DNA of 64,000 bases from NCBI GenBank assembly GCA_964626665.1, contig CAZVGK010000004.1, positions 64,001 to 128,000 on the forward strand, given 5' to 3'. Under the pieces are notes generated by a model, which made no database searches, was not told the DNA's origin, and worked only from the letters and a program-made list of their open reading frames with translations. Of the stretch, positions 50,414 to 60,090 are shown one piece after another. The translations under genes and the position numbers were made by a program. The stretch comes from an uncultured Gemmatimonadota bacterium. Lineage in GTDB: Bacteria; SM23-81; DAOVCL01. Within the stretch, counting starts at the first letter, position 1. Every line of letters begins with the position of its first letter.

Positions 50414-50476
50414 TTGACAAATTTTTGTAATATTTTAATTTCAGCGTAACGGTGAAAAACCAAAAGCGGTGAAAAT
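50414..50476 (+). promoter_or_regulatory. Promoter/operator of the AbiE-like operon
   Basis: TTGACA at 50414; inverted repeat TTTCAGCG-TAA-CGGTGAAA (50439-50457); a further CGGTGAAAA half-site just before the ATG. Confidence 0.5.
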
Positions 50477-51580
50477 ATGCATGAGAGAGGAATTTTAGAT
50501 AAGGCGATAGGCGTCCTGAAGGAAAGCCTGGATTCTCCAGAGGTATTAGCATTTAAGATAGAGCCAGCTCCAGCTCTTGTCAGAGGAAGGGCTCCTGATG
50601 CGATATTTCGCATTGAAATTGGGAAAGGACGGAAGAAATTAGAAGACTTGAGGAAAGAATCCGTAGAGTCTAAGCTTGCAGGAAAAAATTTTGTTGTGGA
50701 AGTCCGAATGAGTGTCCAACCTCGATTCTTAAGAAGTGGTATCTCGTACCTAAAGGAGATTAAAGAAGAATTTCCTGATTGGAATCCTCTTATAGTAACT
50801 CCTTACATTGGTCCAGGTGCAAGAGCGCTCTGTCGTAGGGAAGGAGTGAGCTATATAGATACCTTAGGAAATGTAGGTATCTTTCTCAAAAGTGTCTTCA
50901 TTCTGAAAGAGAGTAAAGAGAGTCTGAAAACAGAAAGAAGAGAATTGAAGTCGTTATTTTCACCCAAATCTACACGCGTTATAAGAATTCTTCTGGAAAA
51001 TGCTTCAAGAATATGGTTGTTTAAGGAGCTTGCCTCCACAACTCAGGTAAGTTTGGGACAAACATATAATGTTATAAGAAAATTGATTGATGAAGAGTAT
51101 CTAAAGAGAACAGAAAAGGGGATAAAATTAGCTAAGCCTTCCGAACTCCTGGAGCGATGGAGCACTGTATATAAGGTTGCGCAGACGAATAAGATGGAAA
51201 GTTTCTATTTGTCAGAGAACGTTTATAGAAGACTTATTAAGCGAATAGCAGATATTGCTGAAAAAGAGAATTATTCCTATGCTTTTACTCTCTTCGCCGG
51301 CGCAAATTTAATTACTCCCTGGGTGAGGACGCCTCATATGCATCTTTATCTGCTTGGTAATATTAAAGAGTTTGCCGAAAAAACTAATCTGAAGCCTGTT
51401 ACCTCAGGTGGCAATGTCCATCTTATTCTCCCTTATGACGAGGGTGTATTTAATCCAATTCAGATGATAGAAGGGGTGAAAATTGTAGGCAATATACAGC
51501 TTTACCTTGACCTTGTAAATTATCCAGCGAGGGGGAAAGAACAGGCTGAGGTATTAAGAGAAAAAGTTATCAGGTTTTAG
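50477..51580 (+). CDS. Type IV TA antitoxin, AbiEi-like (wHTH, DUF2186-like)
   Basis: 'GVSYIDTLGN', HTH 'KELA....VSLG', 'QLYLDL....RGKEQAE.L'; AT-rich. Confidence 0.8.
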   Translation: MHERGILDKAIGVLKESLDSPEVLAFKIEPAPALVRGRAPDAIFRIEIGKGRKKLEDLRKESVESKLAGKNFVVEVRMSVQPRFLRSGISYLKEIKEEFPDWNPLIVTPYIGPGARALCRREGVSYIDTLGNVGIFLKSVFILKESKESLKTERRELKSLFSPKSTRVIRILLENASRIWLFKELASTTQVSLGQTYNVIRKLIDEEYLKRTEKGIKLAKPSELLERWSTVYKVAQTNKMESFYLSENVYRRLIKRIADIAEKENYSYAFTLFAGANLITPWVRTPHMHLYLLGNIKEFAEKTNLKPVTSGGNVHLILPYDEGVFNPIQMIEGVKIVGNIQLYLDLVNYPARGKEQAEVLREKVIRF

Positions 51581-51583
51581 GAA

Positions 51584-52441
51584 ATGGTTGATGTAAGAGT
51601 ATACGATTTGAAGACAGTAGAGACCTCAAAGAGTATTCTTCTGGAGGTCTCCGCGCTTCTGAAGGAATATAGAGAAAAATTTGTATTAGTTGGAGGATGG
51701 GCGCCTTATTTTCTGCTGAAAAGGTATAAGCCAAAGGAAGCTGAGTTTGAACATATAGGTTCAATAGATATTGATATTGCCTTTGACCTTAAAGAGATGC
51801 CGGATATGGATGAGGTTTATGAAAGCATCAGGCAGAAGCTGGAGCGAAATGGATACAAAATTAGAAAAAGCAAGGACGGTCAGCTTATCCCTCATAGTTT
51901 TGAGAAAGAAATGGAGGGAATGATAATTCATGTAGATTTGCTTGCCTCTGAATATGGTGGGACTGGAGGGCGGCGCAGACATCAGAGGATACAGGACATA
52001 TTGGCAAGAAAAGTGAGGGGTGTGGATATAGCCTTTCAAGCCAATGAAAAGTTTGAGTTAGAAGAGTATCTTCCTAATAAAGCGAGATATAAGCTGCAAA
52101 TAAGAGTTTCAGATGTTGTAGCAGTCATTACAATAAAAGCAATAGCCTTTAACACGGATATAACCAGAACTAAGGATGCGTATGATATATATTCCGTTCT
52201 GAGATATTACAAAAATGGGGTGGCCAGTGTGATTGATGAAGTAAGACCCTGGTTAAAGCACAAGTTGGTAAGAGAGGCAATAGAAAAGCTGTCTTCTTTA
52301 TTTTCTACAATAGATTCAGTGGGGGCCGTCGGTTTAGCAGATTTTATACTTCCAGAAGCCCGGAACTCTGGAGATTGGGAATTCTATAGAAGAGATGCTT
52401 TTGAATTAGTTCAGGAATTTTTAAAAGGGTTAAAAGGATAG
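51584..52441 (+). CDS. Type IV TA toxin, AbiEii-like nucleotidyltransferase
   Basis: LVGGWA, GSIDIDI, 'KDAYDI'. Confidence 0.8.
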   Translation: MVDVRVYDLKTVETSKSILLEVSALLKEYREKFVLVGGWAPYFLLKRYKPKEAEFEHIGSIDIDIAFDLKEMPDMDEVYESIRQKLERNGYKIRKSKDGQLIPHSFEKEMEGMIIHVDLLASEYGGTGGRRRHQRIQDILARKVRGVDIAFQANEKFELEEYLPNKARYKLQIRVSDVVAVITIKAIAFNTDITRTKDAYDIYSVLRYYKNGVASVIDEVRPWLKHKLVREAIEKLSSLFSTIDSVGAVGLADFILPEARNSGDWEFYRRDAFELVQEFLKGLKG

Positions 52442-52667
52442 GGTGCTTCCGCAGCTTAAGAATGGTCGATGGGGTCAGGCTGAAAATTAGGAGTTAAGGA
52501 CATAGAAGACAACACACCCAAAGTGCTTAACAGTTTTTGTATCGCTGTCCCCTTTCCTGTGTCAACTGGCTCATAGCTAAGGGACAAGTCAATCCTGTGG
52601 CAAAAGCCATCTTCAGTAGATGGAAAAGCTAATGCACTTTCTGCACCACCATCCCCAATTTCCCCAA

Positions 52668-53107
52668 ACAGAATATACTTGGATCTTGACATTTCTGAGC
52701 CATTTGCTGGGGATATAGCCGGCTATCTGAATAACTATCTCCCTCCGGGTTTGAGGATAGCTCAGATCAAGCCGATCTTGCCCAAAGCCCGCTCCTTAAA
52801 TTCCCTGTTTGAATATGGTGAGTATCTGGTGCGATTCCCCTTTTCTGAATCCAGGGAACTAAGAGAGAGAGTTGAAGATTTAGGTGATAATTTTGTTGGT
52901 ATTGAGGAGATAGTTTTTTCTGATGAGGAAAGTCAGTTGAGGATCCTCCTCAAGATCGGGGGGCGAGGTCACACCAGATTGAAGGAGATTTTGGGGACAG
53001 GATTAGGTCTGGGGGAGGAGGAAATAGCCTTAGCTCGGATTGAGAGAATCGGCCTCTATACCAAAAAGGGAGGCCAATTTCTCTCCCCTATGGAGGTGGA
53101 GATTTAA
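52668..53107 (+). pseudogene. Duplicated 3' end of the radical SAM/DUF2344 gene
   Basis: Near-identical to ~49822-50258, with long identical runs (e.g. TGAATATGGTGAGTATCTGG...GATCCTCCTCAA). Confidence 0.92.
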
Positions 53108-53152
53108 CTCACCTATTCTACGGACGGAAAGGAAAACTATCGAGAAAAGTCC

Positions 53153-53181
53153 TTGACTCAATGAGAGAGCTTAAGTAAACT
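53153..53181 (+). promoter_or_regulatory. Putative sigma70 promoter of the R-M operon
   Basis: TTGACT-N17-TAAACT. Confidence 0.5.
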
Positions 53182-53206
53182 GATCTAAGAAAATGAAAGC
53201 TGGGGT

Positions 53207-54004
53207 ATGCTTATGTTAGACTTAAATAAAATTTTTGAAGGTGACTGCTTTGAGTTAATTCATAAAATTGATTACGAAAGCCTCGATTTAATTGTGTGTG
53301 ACGGACCCTACGGTGTAACTGGAAAAAGGTGGGATAAAGTTGCTAACATTCAGGAATTCAATCTAAAGCTCATTCAGGTTTTCTCAAAGAAATTGAAAAG
53401 GGGAGGAGCGTTGTATCTATTTGGTAAACCAAATTGTATTGACTTCATTGATTACACCCCCTTTTTAACATTGAACGCAAGAATTGTTTGGTATCAACCA
53501 AGCAGATTAGCACAGGGCAGGACTAACTACACGAATAATTATGATATTATCGCTTATTTCACTAAAGGGAAAGCGCGGACTTTCAACTTAGATGATATAC
53601 GAGTGCCCCAATTAGTAGAGTTGGAACACAGAAAAAGGTGCGAGAAAGTCCCCTCTGTTGTATATGGTAAATTCGGAAAAACAAAGTTTAACGAAAAAGG
53701 CAAAAATCCTGGTGACGTGTGGGTCGATATTAAACAGCTGACCTATAAATCAAACGAATTATTGAGTCGAGATTTTCTTCACACTATACAAAAACCAAAG
53801 AAACTGATTGAAAGAATTGTAAAGGCAAGTTCACAAAAGGAAGATTTAGTTTTAGATCCATTTGTAGGGACAGGAACAACTCTTGTTGTTTGCGAAGAAC
53901 TTAAACGAAATTATATCGGATTTGAATTAGACCCAAAACTATTTCAAATTTGCATAGAGCGCTTAAGAGAAATTAAAATGAAGCATGAACTTATGTTGCT
54001 GTAA
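53207..54004 (+). CDS. Site-specific DNA methyltransferase (N4-C/N6-A, beta class)
   Basis: Motif IV variant DGPY near the N-terminus; 'NPGDVW', 'QKP..L.ERI', DPFVGTGTT near the C-terminus. Confidence 0.92.
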   Translation: MLMLDLNKIFEGDCFELIHKIDYESLDLIVCDGPYGVTGKRWDKVANIQEFNLKLIQVFSKKLKRGGALYLFGKPNCIDFIDYTPFLTLNARIVWYQPSRLAQGRTNYTNNYDIIAYFTKGKARTFNLDDIRVPQLVELEHRKRCEKVPSVVYGKFGKTKFNEKGKNPGDVWVDIKQLTYKSNELLSRDFLHTIQKPKKLIERIVKASSQKEDLVLDPFVGTGTTLVVCEELKRNYIGFELDPKLFQICIERLREIKMKHELMLL

Positions 54005-54523
54005 TGATGTCAGAGAAAATAATAGCACAAATCATAGCATTAGTTCGAAAAGCACAGAATTTAGCCTTGAAAATAGGTATTCCTAATATCCTGCAGCCAG
54101 GTTTAGTGAAGAAAATAATTATCGCTGAGATTATTAGATCATAAGTTAATAGTATCAAAAAGAGATGCGGATGCTTGTGATAGAAATAACCCCAATGTTA
54201 AATATGAATATCTTACTTGTTATGAAGGTGGCACAGGACAATTGAATAGAATGTTCAAAGAACCACTAAATAAACGAGAAGATTCCTTATACCGAATCAA
54301 GAGGAATAAGAAGATTTATTTTGCCGTTTTTTACAAAAGCAACCCGCTAATAGTGAAAGTTCTCTATGAAGTCGCGCCTTATATTTTATTAGAAGAAGCA
54401 GTAAGACAATTAGATAGAAGCAAGAATCCTATTTCTCATGTAGGTTTTTCAGAAAATTGGGTAAAAGAAAATGGTATAGTAATTTACGAAGACAAAGCAC
54501 GTCGACCAAGAGAAAATGGTTGA
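54004..54523 (+). pseudogene. PvuII-like restriction endonuclease with a one-base frameshift near 54131
   Basis: Frame 1 MMSEK...ALKIGIPNILQPG..IAEI stops at 54142-54144; frame 2 continues LDHK..KRDADACD..KYEY..IYFAVF..WVKENGIVIY. Confidence 0.7.
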
Positions 54524-54764
54524 CTTTTTATAGCAAAAATAAATTTGGGGTCAAATCTTTAATTACAAACCCCGTCAAACTAGCTCGAATTTTTCACTTT
54601 TTTGGGCACTTTTCTTATCGGAAGCACTGCCAACGGAAAATTTTAGGATTCTGTACCGTCAGGGCTTCTGCCCTGACGAAAGAAGTCCCTTTGTGGATGA
54701 TAACATCCACAAAGAGCGCTAGGTTCTCCCCCCTTTTCAGATTTTGCCTGCAGAAAATCCCAAG

Positions 54765-55335
54765 CTACTTCAGCAAAATCATCTTTCGGGCCTTACTCAC
54801 CTTTAACCTATCACCTTTCACCTCTAACCTATAGAAGTAGATGCCGCTGGGGAGGGAACTCGCCTCCCACCTAACGGTTTTGTATCCGGCTTTCTGCCTG
54901 GCATCAACCAAGGTGGCCACCTTCTGGCCCAAGATGTTGTAGACCTCCAACCTGACCGCCGTCGGTCGTCCGCCGTCCGCGGACAACTCATAACGGATGA
55001 GGGTAGTTGCATTGAAGGGATTGGGGTAGTTCTGTAGCAAACCAAAGGATCTGGGTGGCTCCAGCAGGTTTTCTGTTCTCACCCCCACAGGAACCCCCTC
55101 TCTTACCAGCGCCGGGCCCCCATAAAGATTGTAATCAAACATATTTTGGTATTCATAAAAATGATCCCAACCAAAGTTATAGTGAACATAGGACTTTGAG
55201 TTATAAAGAGCTTCGCCAATCCTCTCAGGTCCACTTGGCCCATCGATCATGTAATGATTGAACTCATAGCACATTGCCTCAGCACCAGCATGATATACAG
55301 ACCAATCCACTGAAACAGCAGCTCCACTGAAATGT
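54765..55335 (-). pseudogene. 5'-truncated secreted protein (peptidase C25-like tail + T9SS-type CTD)
   Basis: 'IGEALY.SK...YNLYGGPAL' resembles the C25 'NL.GDP' tail; 'QNYPNPFN...RKMILLK'; no signal peptide or convincing start. Confidence 0.65.
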
Positions 55336-55644
55336 TGCCGGCAAACGCTATCCGCAAAGCCCAAAGTTCTCTATTGGTGATCTTAAAGACCCATCTAAAC
55401 CGTTTTACCGTTTACTCCAATCAGAGGACCTTGCGGGCTCTCAGAAGGTTTGGCTGGGCCAAATTGACCCAAGAGACCCAATAATATAAGAAAATTGACC
55501 TGATAAATCAAGGTCAATTTTAAACGGTCACAAATATTACCTAACCCAATCTATTCACTATGTAGATTTTTTGTAAATAATTCGGGTTTATAGCCCTTAA
55601 ATCTAAAGGGGGAAATAGAACATATCAGCCAAATTTGTCAAATG

Positions 55645-56187
55645 TCAAGGGCTGACCCTTGTTTTTTGGACATACTCATACCCCCGATCAAAGGCCTGCA
55701 GGTTCAGCTCCACAAACCTGGAGGGGACGGATTCAGGGATGGTTCTCTTCATCGCCTCTACCGAAACCACCTTGGTAATCCCGGTAAAAAACCCCAACAT
55801 AACCATATTGGCAATGATGCGCATCTTCAGCTCTTCAGCAAACCTGGTGGCCGGAATGGGGTAGAAGTTGGAGGTTCCCCTTCCTTCCAACTTGACCAGA
55901 TCCGCATCGCTAAGCAGCACCCCCCCCTCCCGCAAAGTGGAGGCAAACTTGTTGTATGCCTCCTGGGACATCACGATGAGGACATCGGGGTTGTCCACAA
56001 ACGGGTAGTTTATGGGTCCCTCGCTAACCACGACCTGGGAGGAACAGGCCCCTCCCCGGGCCTCTGGGCCATAGGACTGGATAAGGCTGGCCTCCTTCTT
56101 ATCATAAATCGCTGCCGCCTTACCGATTATGTAGCCTGACCTCATAATTCCCTGGCCCCCAAATCCTGCCACCCTTATCTCAGCCAT
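55645..56187 (-). CDS. korC: 2-oxoacid:ferredoxin oxidoreductase gamma subunit
   Basis: AGFGGQG, SYGPEARGG, 'ANMVMLG'. Confidence 0.92.
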   Translation of the reverse strand: MAEIRVAGFGGQGIMRSGYIIGKAAAIYDKKEASLIQSYGPEARGGACSSQVVVSEGPINYPFVDNPDVLIVMSQEAYNKFASTLREGGVLLSDADLVKLEGRGTSNFYPIPATRFAEELKMRIIANMVMLGFFTGITKVVSVEAMKRTIPESVPSRFVELNLQAFDRGYEYVQKTRVSP

Positions 56188-56996
56188 CACAAACCCCTTC
56201 TTAGTTCAATCAGTTTATCCGTGTAGGTGGGTCTCTCTATATCCACAAACTTGCCCAGTATTATCTCTCCACCCACCTCAATGTCGGTAAGCTGGACATC
56301 GATCCCGTTCCTAATCACGCTCTTCTCCTTGAAGTATTTCATCATATCAATCCCCTCCGGTAGCTGGTTCTTGCGTCCGTAATCCGTAGGGCAAGGGGAG
56401 AGAACCTCCAGGAAGCTGAAACCACGCTTCTTGAACATCTCCGCTATGGCGCGCTTCAACTGAAAAACATGGAAAGCTGTCCATCTAGCTACATATACTG
56501 CCCCCGCAGCAGCAGCCAGGTGAGCGACGTTGAAAGGCCGTTCAATGTTCCCATAAGGGGCCGTAGTAGCCTTAGCCCCAGTAGGGGTGGTGGGTCCCAT
56601 CTGCCCCCCGGTCATCCCATAGATGAAGTTGTCTATGCAGATTACCTTGATATCCACGTTTCTGCGGGCCGCATGAATGAAGTGATTCCCTCCAATGGCG
56701 AACAGGTCGCCATCGCCGCTAAACACGAAGACCTCAAGGTTGGGATTGGCCAACTTAATCCCGGTGGCAAAGGGAATCCCCCGTCCATGGGTGGTATGAA
56801 ACGAATCGAGGTTTAAGTAACCGGGCACCCTACCGGTGCACCCAATGCCCGATACAACAGCGAGTTTCTCCTCAGGGATGCCCAATTCCTCTATCGCCTT
56901 GATCGTGCAAGAGAGGACAGTGCCTATACCACAACCTGGGCACCAGATGTGGGGGAGCCTCTCCGTTCTCAGTAGATGATCCCTGGGATGGTTCAT
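56187..56996 (-). CDS. korB: 2-oxoacid:ferredoxin oxidoreductase beta subunit
   Basis: WCPGCG, SGIGC, HGR, GDGD...IGGNH, YGMTGGQ. Confidence 0.95.
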   Translation of the reverse strand: MNHPRDHLLRTERLPHIWCPGCGIGTVLSCTIKAIEELGIPEEKLAVVSGIGCTGRVPGYLNLDSFHTTHGRGIPFATGIKLANPNLEVFVFSGDGDLFAIGGNHFIHAARRNVDIKVICIDNFIYGMTGGQMGPTTPTGAKATTAPYGNIERPFNVAHLAAAAGAVYVARWTAFHVFQLKRAIAEMFKKRGFSFLEVLSPCPTDYGRKNQLPEGIDMMKYFKEKSVIRNGIDVQLTDIEVGGEIILGKFVDIERPTYTDKLIELRRGL

Positions 56997-58144
56997 TTGG
57001 CAGCCTCCTCTATGGCCTGACACACCTCACCAGGGGTCTGTATCTTGCCTCCTGGATTACCGACAAAGAGAGTCTTGGCAACCGAGCATCTCTCTACCTC
57101 ATAGAGGATCTGGCCCAGATTCATCTCCACCATCACAAATCCAGAAATTTTTTCGGATAGCTTCCTTATCCGTTGTTCCGGGAATGGCCAGATGGTTATC
57201 AGTCTCAGGTAACCCACTTTGATTCCTTTTTTGCGGGCAAGCTCAATCCCCGGCCAGATAACTCTTGATGTTATACCATAAGAGACAACAACCACATCGG
57301 CATCAGCGGTGTCTATCTCTTCCAGCCTTATTATCCTCTCCGCATTTAGGTTAATCTTATCCACCAACCTCTTCACCAATTTCTCCTGTACCTCCCCATT
57401 CATCACTGGATAGCCCCGCTCATCATGGGTAAGGCCAGTTGTATGAATGCGGTAGCCATCCCCCACTTTGATCAGCGGGGGGACAAAACCACCATCAAGC
57501 TCATAGGGAAGGTAATCTCCTGGCGCTCGCTTGGTATATCTCCTCTCCACGATGTGGAACTCCTCGGGAGGGGGGATGACCACCTTTTCCGTCATATGGC
57601 CCACAATGGCATCGGAGAGGATGATCGTGGGCACCCGATACTCCTCGGCCAAATTGAAGGCCTCAATGGTCAGGTTAAAGAACTCCTGTGGGGAGTTGGG
57701 GGAGAGGGCAATTATCTCATAGTCTCCATGGGAACCCCATCTGGCCTGCATCATATCGGATTGTCCCCACATAGTGGGCAGGCCGGTAGATGGGGAACCC
57801 CGCTGCACATTAACCACCACACAGGGAACCTCCATCATTACGCCCAGGCCAATATTCTCATTCATCAAGGAGATACCTGGCCCCGATGTTGCCGTCATCG
57901 TCTTCATCCCGGCCCAGGAGGCGCCCAAAATGGAGGCTATGGAAGCTATCTCATCCTCAAACTGCACGAAGACCCCGCCCAACTGGGGCAGCCTCTCGGA
58001 CATCCGTTCCGCTATCTCCGTCGCTGGCGTGATGGGGTAGCCACCAAAGAACCTACACCCAGCGGCTATCGCCCCTTCGGCACAGGCTATATCCCCTTGG
58101 ATAAAGTGTTCCCCGGTCAAAACAGCTTTCCCCTGGGCTCTCAT
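56993..58144 (-). CDS. korA: 2-oxoacid:ferredoxin oxidoreductase alpha subunit
   Basis: YPITP, EDEI, TATSGPG, QRGSPSTG. Confidence 0.95.
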   Translation of the reverse strand: MRAQGKAVLTGEHFIQGDIACAEGAIAAGCRFFGGYPITPATEIAERMSERLPQLGGVFVQFEDEIASIASILGASWAGMKTMTATSGPGISLMNENIGLGVMMEVPCVVVNVQRGSPSTGLPTMWGQSDMMQARWGSHGDYEIIALSPNSPQEFFNLTIEAFNLAEEYRVPTIILSDAIVGHMTEKVVIPPPEEFHIVERRYTKRAPGDYLPYELDGGFVPPLIKVGDGYRIHTTGLTHDERGYPVMNGEVQEKLVKRLVDKINLNAERIIRLEEIDTADADVVVVSYGITSRVIWPGIELARKKGIKVGYLRLITIWPFPEQRIRKLSEKISGFVMVEMNLGQILYEVERCSVAKTLFVGNPGGKIQTPGEVCQAIEEAAK

Positions 58145-58383
58145 TCTTCCCCCTCTGCCGTGCTCCAAATGGCAAACTCAGGGCATAAAAGCTCACACAA
58201 ATGACAGTTAATGCAAGTCGGGGATTTGACCCTGGGGGGGTGATATCCTCGGACATTGAACTCATCTGAGAGCTCAAGCACCTCCTTAGGACAGAACTCC
58301 ACGCAGAACCCACAGCCCTTGCACCTATCCTTGATAATGTGCACCTGGCCTAAGGAGGCTCCTACCTTCACTGATGATTTCAC
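58141..58383 (-). CDS. korD: 2-oxoacid:ferredoxin oxidoreductase delta subunit (2x[4Fe-4S] ferredoxin)
   Basis: CKGCGFCVEFCP and CINCHLCELLCP; GTG start after AAGGAG. Confidence 0.9.
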   Translation of the reverse strand: MKSSVKVGASLGQVHIIKDRCKGCGFCVEFCPKEVLELSDEFNVRGYHPPRVKSPTCINCHLCELLCPEFAIWSTAEGEE

Positions 58384-58399
58384 CTTCAGCTCCTTTAGA

Positions 58400-58780
58400 T
58401 AGCGAAGCTTCGCCTTCCCGGCCCGGGACGGGCAAGCCGACAAGGCCTGGCAGTATAAACTGGGCGAAGCTTCAAATGTAAAATGGAGAATTTAGAATTA
58501 AGAATGAAAAAACCTGAGGGCGAGGAGCCTGAGCCGAACTTAGCTCCCTTACGGTCGCTAACTTCTCCGGAGGGCCTCACCGGCCCTATGGCGCTCCGCA
58601 ATCCTACACCTGCTCGGATTGCTCCGCTGTCATGATTGAAGGGGGCATGCCCCCTTCAAACAACCCCACATTTCGGAATTTCTAAGAAATTCCGAAATGT
58701 TAAGCTCATTGTCTTCATCTTTCTTCCTGCCCCAAAAACTTGACACAAATTTTAAGAAGTTGCCTTATGAAGGAGGCTAG
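58400..58780. repeat. Dispersed non-coding element, copy 2 (carries a ~165-bp multi-hairpin insert at ~58536-58700)
   Basis: Aligns with 27859-28177; insert contains TTGAAGGGGGCATGCCCCCTTCAA and ACATTTCGGAATTTCT-A-AGAAATTCCGAAATGT. Confidence 0.85.
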
Positions 58781-59655
58781 CTCTGTGGAGGGAGGGCAGC
58801 GCGCATCAGTACCCCCACCTCCGCCGGTTCCCTGGCCACTTTAATTCCCACCTTCTCAAACGCGGCGATCTTTCCTTCGGCGGTTCCGGCACCGCCGGAG
58901 ATTATCGCCCCCGCATGTCCCATTCTCTTTCCTGGAGGAGCGGTCAGGCCGGCGATAAAGGCCACCACCGGCTTATGGAAGTGCTCCTCAAAGTAGCGAG
59001 CTGCCTCTTCCTCATCCTGGCCGCCTATCTCACCGACCAGGACAACCCCCTGTGTCTCTTCATCCTCTTCAAACAACTGGAGGCAATCTATGAACTTTAG
59101 TCCGATAATGGGGTCACCCCCCACTCCGATACAGGTGGATATTCCCAACCCTGTAGAGACAATGTGGGTGGCTATCTCATAGGTGAGGGTGCCACTGCGG
59201 GAGATAACGCCAATCCCTCCTGGCTGGAATATGAGGGCGGGAAGTATACCCACCTCAGCCTCCCCCGGCGAGATCAGGCCTGGACAGTTGGGGCCGATCA
59301 ACCTTACCCCCCTATCGGAGAAGAACTTCACCACCTTGACCATATCCAGGGCCGGAATCCCCTCTGAGATGCAGACCACCAGCGCGACCCCTGAATCCCC
59401 TGCCTCGTAAAGGGCATCAACGGCGAACTTGTAAGGAACGAATACGATGGAGGTATTAGCTCCCGTCTCCTTAACCGCCTCCTTTACCGTGTTGAAGACA
59501 GGAACTCCAGCTATTACCTCTCCCCCCTTACCTGGCGTCACCCCAGCCACGACTTGAGTGCCATATTGGAGCATCCGCGCCGTGTGAAATGAACCATCCC
59601 TACCGGTGATCCCCTGGACAACCAATCTCGTGTTTTCATCAACTAAGATACTCAT
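58777..59655 (-). CDS. sucD: Succinyl-CoA synthetase alpha subunit
   Basis: [39 protein letters not shown]. Confidence 0.98.
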   Translation of the reverse strand: MSILVDENTRLVVQGITGRDGSFHTARMLQYGTQVVAGVTPGKGGEVIAGVPVFNTVKEAVKETGANTSIVFVPYKFAVDALYEAGDSGVALVVCISEGIPALDMVKVVKFFSDRGVRLIGPNCPGLISPGEAEVGILPALIFQPGGIGVISRSGTLTYEIATHIVSTGLGISTCIGVGGDPIIGLKFIDCLQLFEEDEETQGVVLVGEIGGQDEEEAARYFEEHFHKPVVAFIAGLTAPPGKRMGHAGAIISGGAGTAEGKIAAFEKVGIKVAREPAEVGVLMRAALPPQS

Positions 59656-59718
59656 CTTCCATGGAAATCCGAATTTCTAAATCCGAATGACGAAAAAATC
59701 AATTCTCAAATTCGTCAT

Positions 59719-60090
59719 TAGTCATTAGGATTTCGTCTTCCCCCCCTTTCTTCTAATTGCCGCAAGTATCAGGTTCAGCTCTCTCACTTCTTTCCCATAA
59801 CTACTTGCTTCCTTTTACAGTTCCGGGGTAACCTTACCAATCATCCTTAACCAGTACCCACATTCCCTCGATTCCTTCTTACAGATTCCGATCTTATGCA
59901 AGAAATCTTTCTTGGATTCGGCATCATCGGCCTCACAATAGTTTGCTCCCACACTTGTGCCCGCCCTGACCAACTGCCCAATAAGTGGAAGAGTCACAAC
60001 GTTCTTGGGAATTTTCTTAGCAAACTCGATAATTGCTTCCCCAAACTTAGCTGTCCTTTCCTCCAAATCATATATTTTCTTATTCGTCAT
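59719..60090 (-). pseudogene. Four-helix-bundle protein (TIGR02436-like) with a premature in-frame TAA at 59815-59817
   Basis: 'DLEERT..F','QLVRAGTSVGANY.EA..AES.KDF.HK..I..KE..E..YWL'; after the TAA the frame continues KEASSYGKEVRELNLILAAIRRK. Confidence 0.8.

Noticed and set aside
52443-54627. GTGCTTCCG / CGGAAGCAC as terminal inverted repeats around the R-M block
   Set aside because: Only 9 bp, with no TSD or transposase; compatible with chance.
57425-58204. 259-aa plus-strand ORF
   Set aside because: Antisense shadow of korA.
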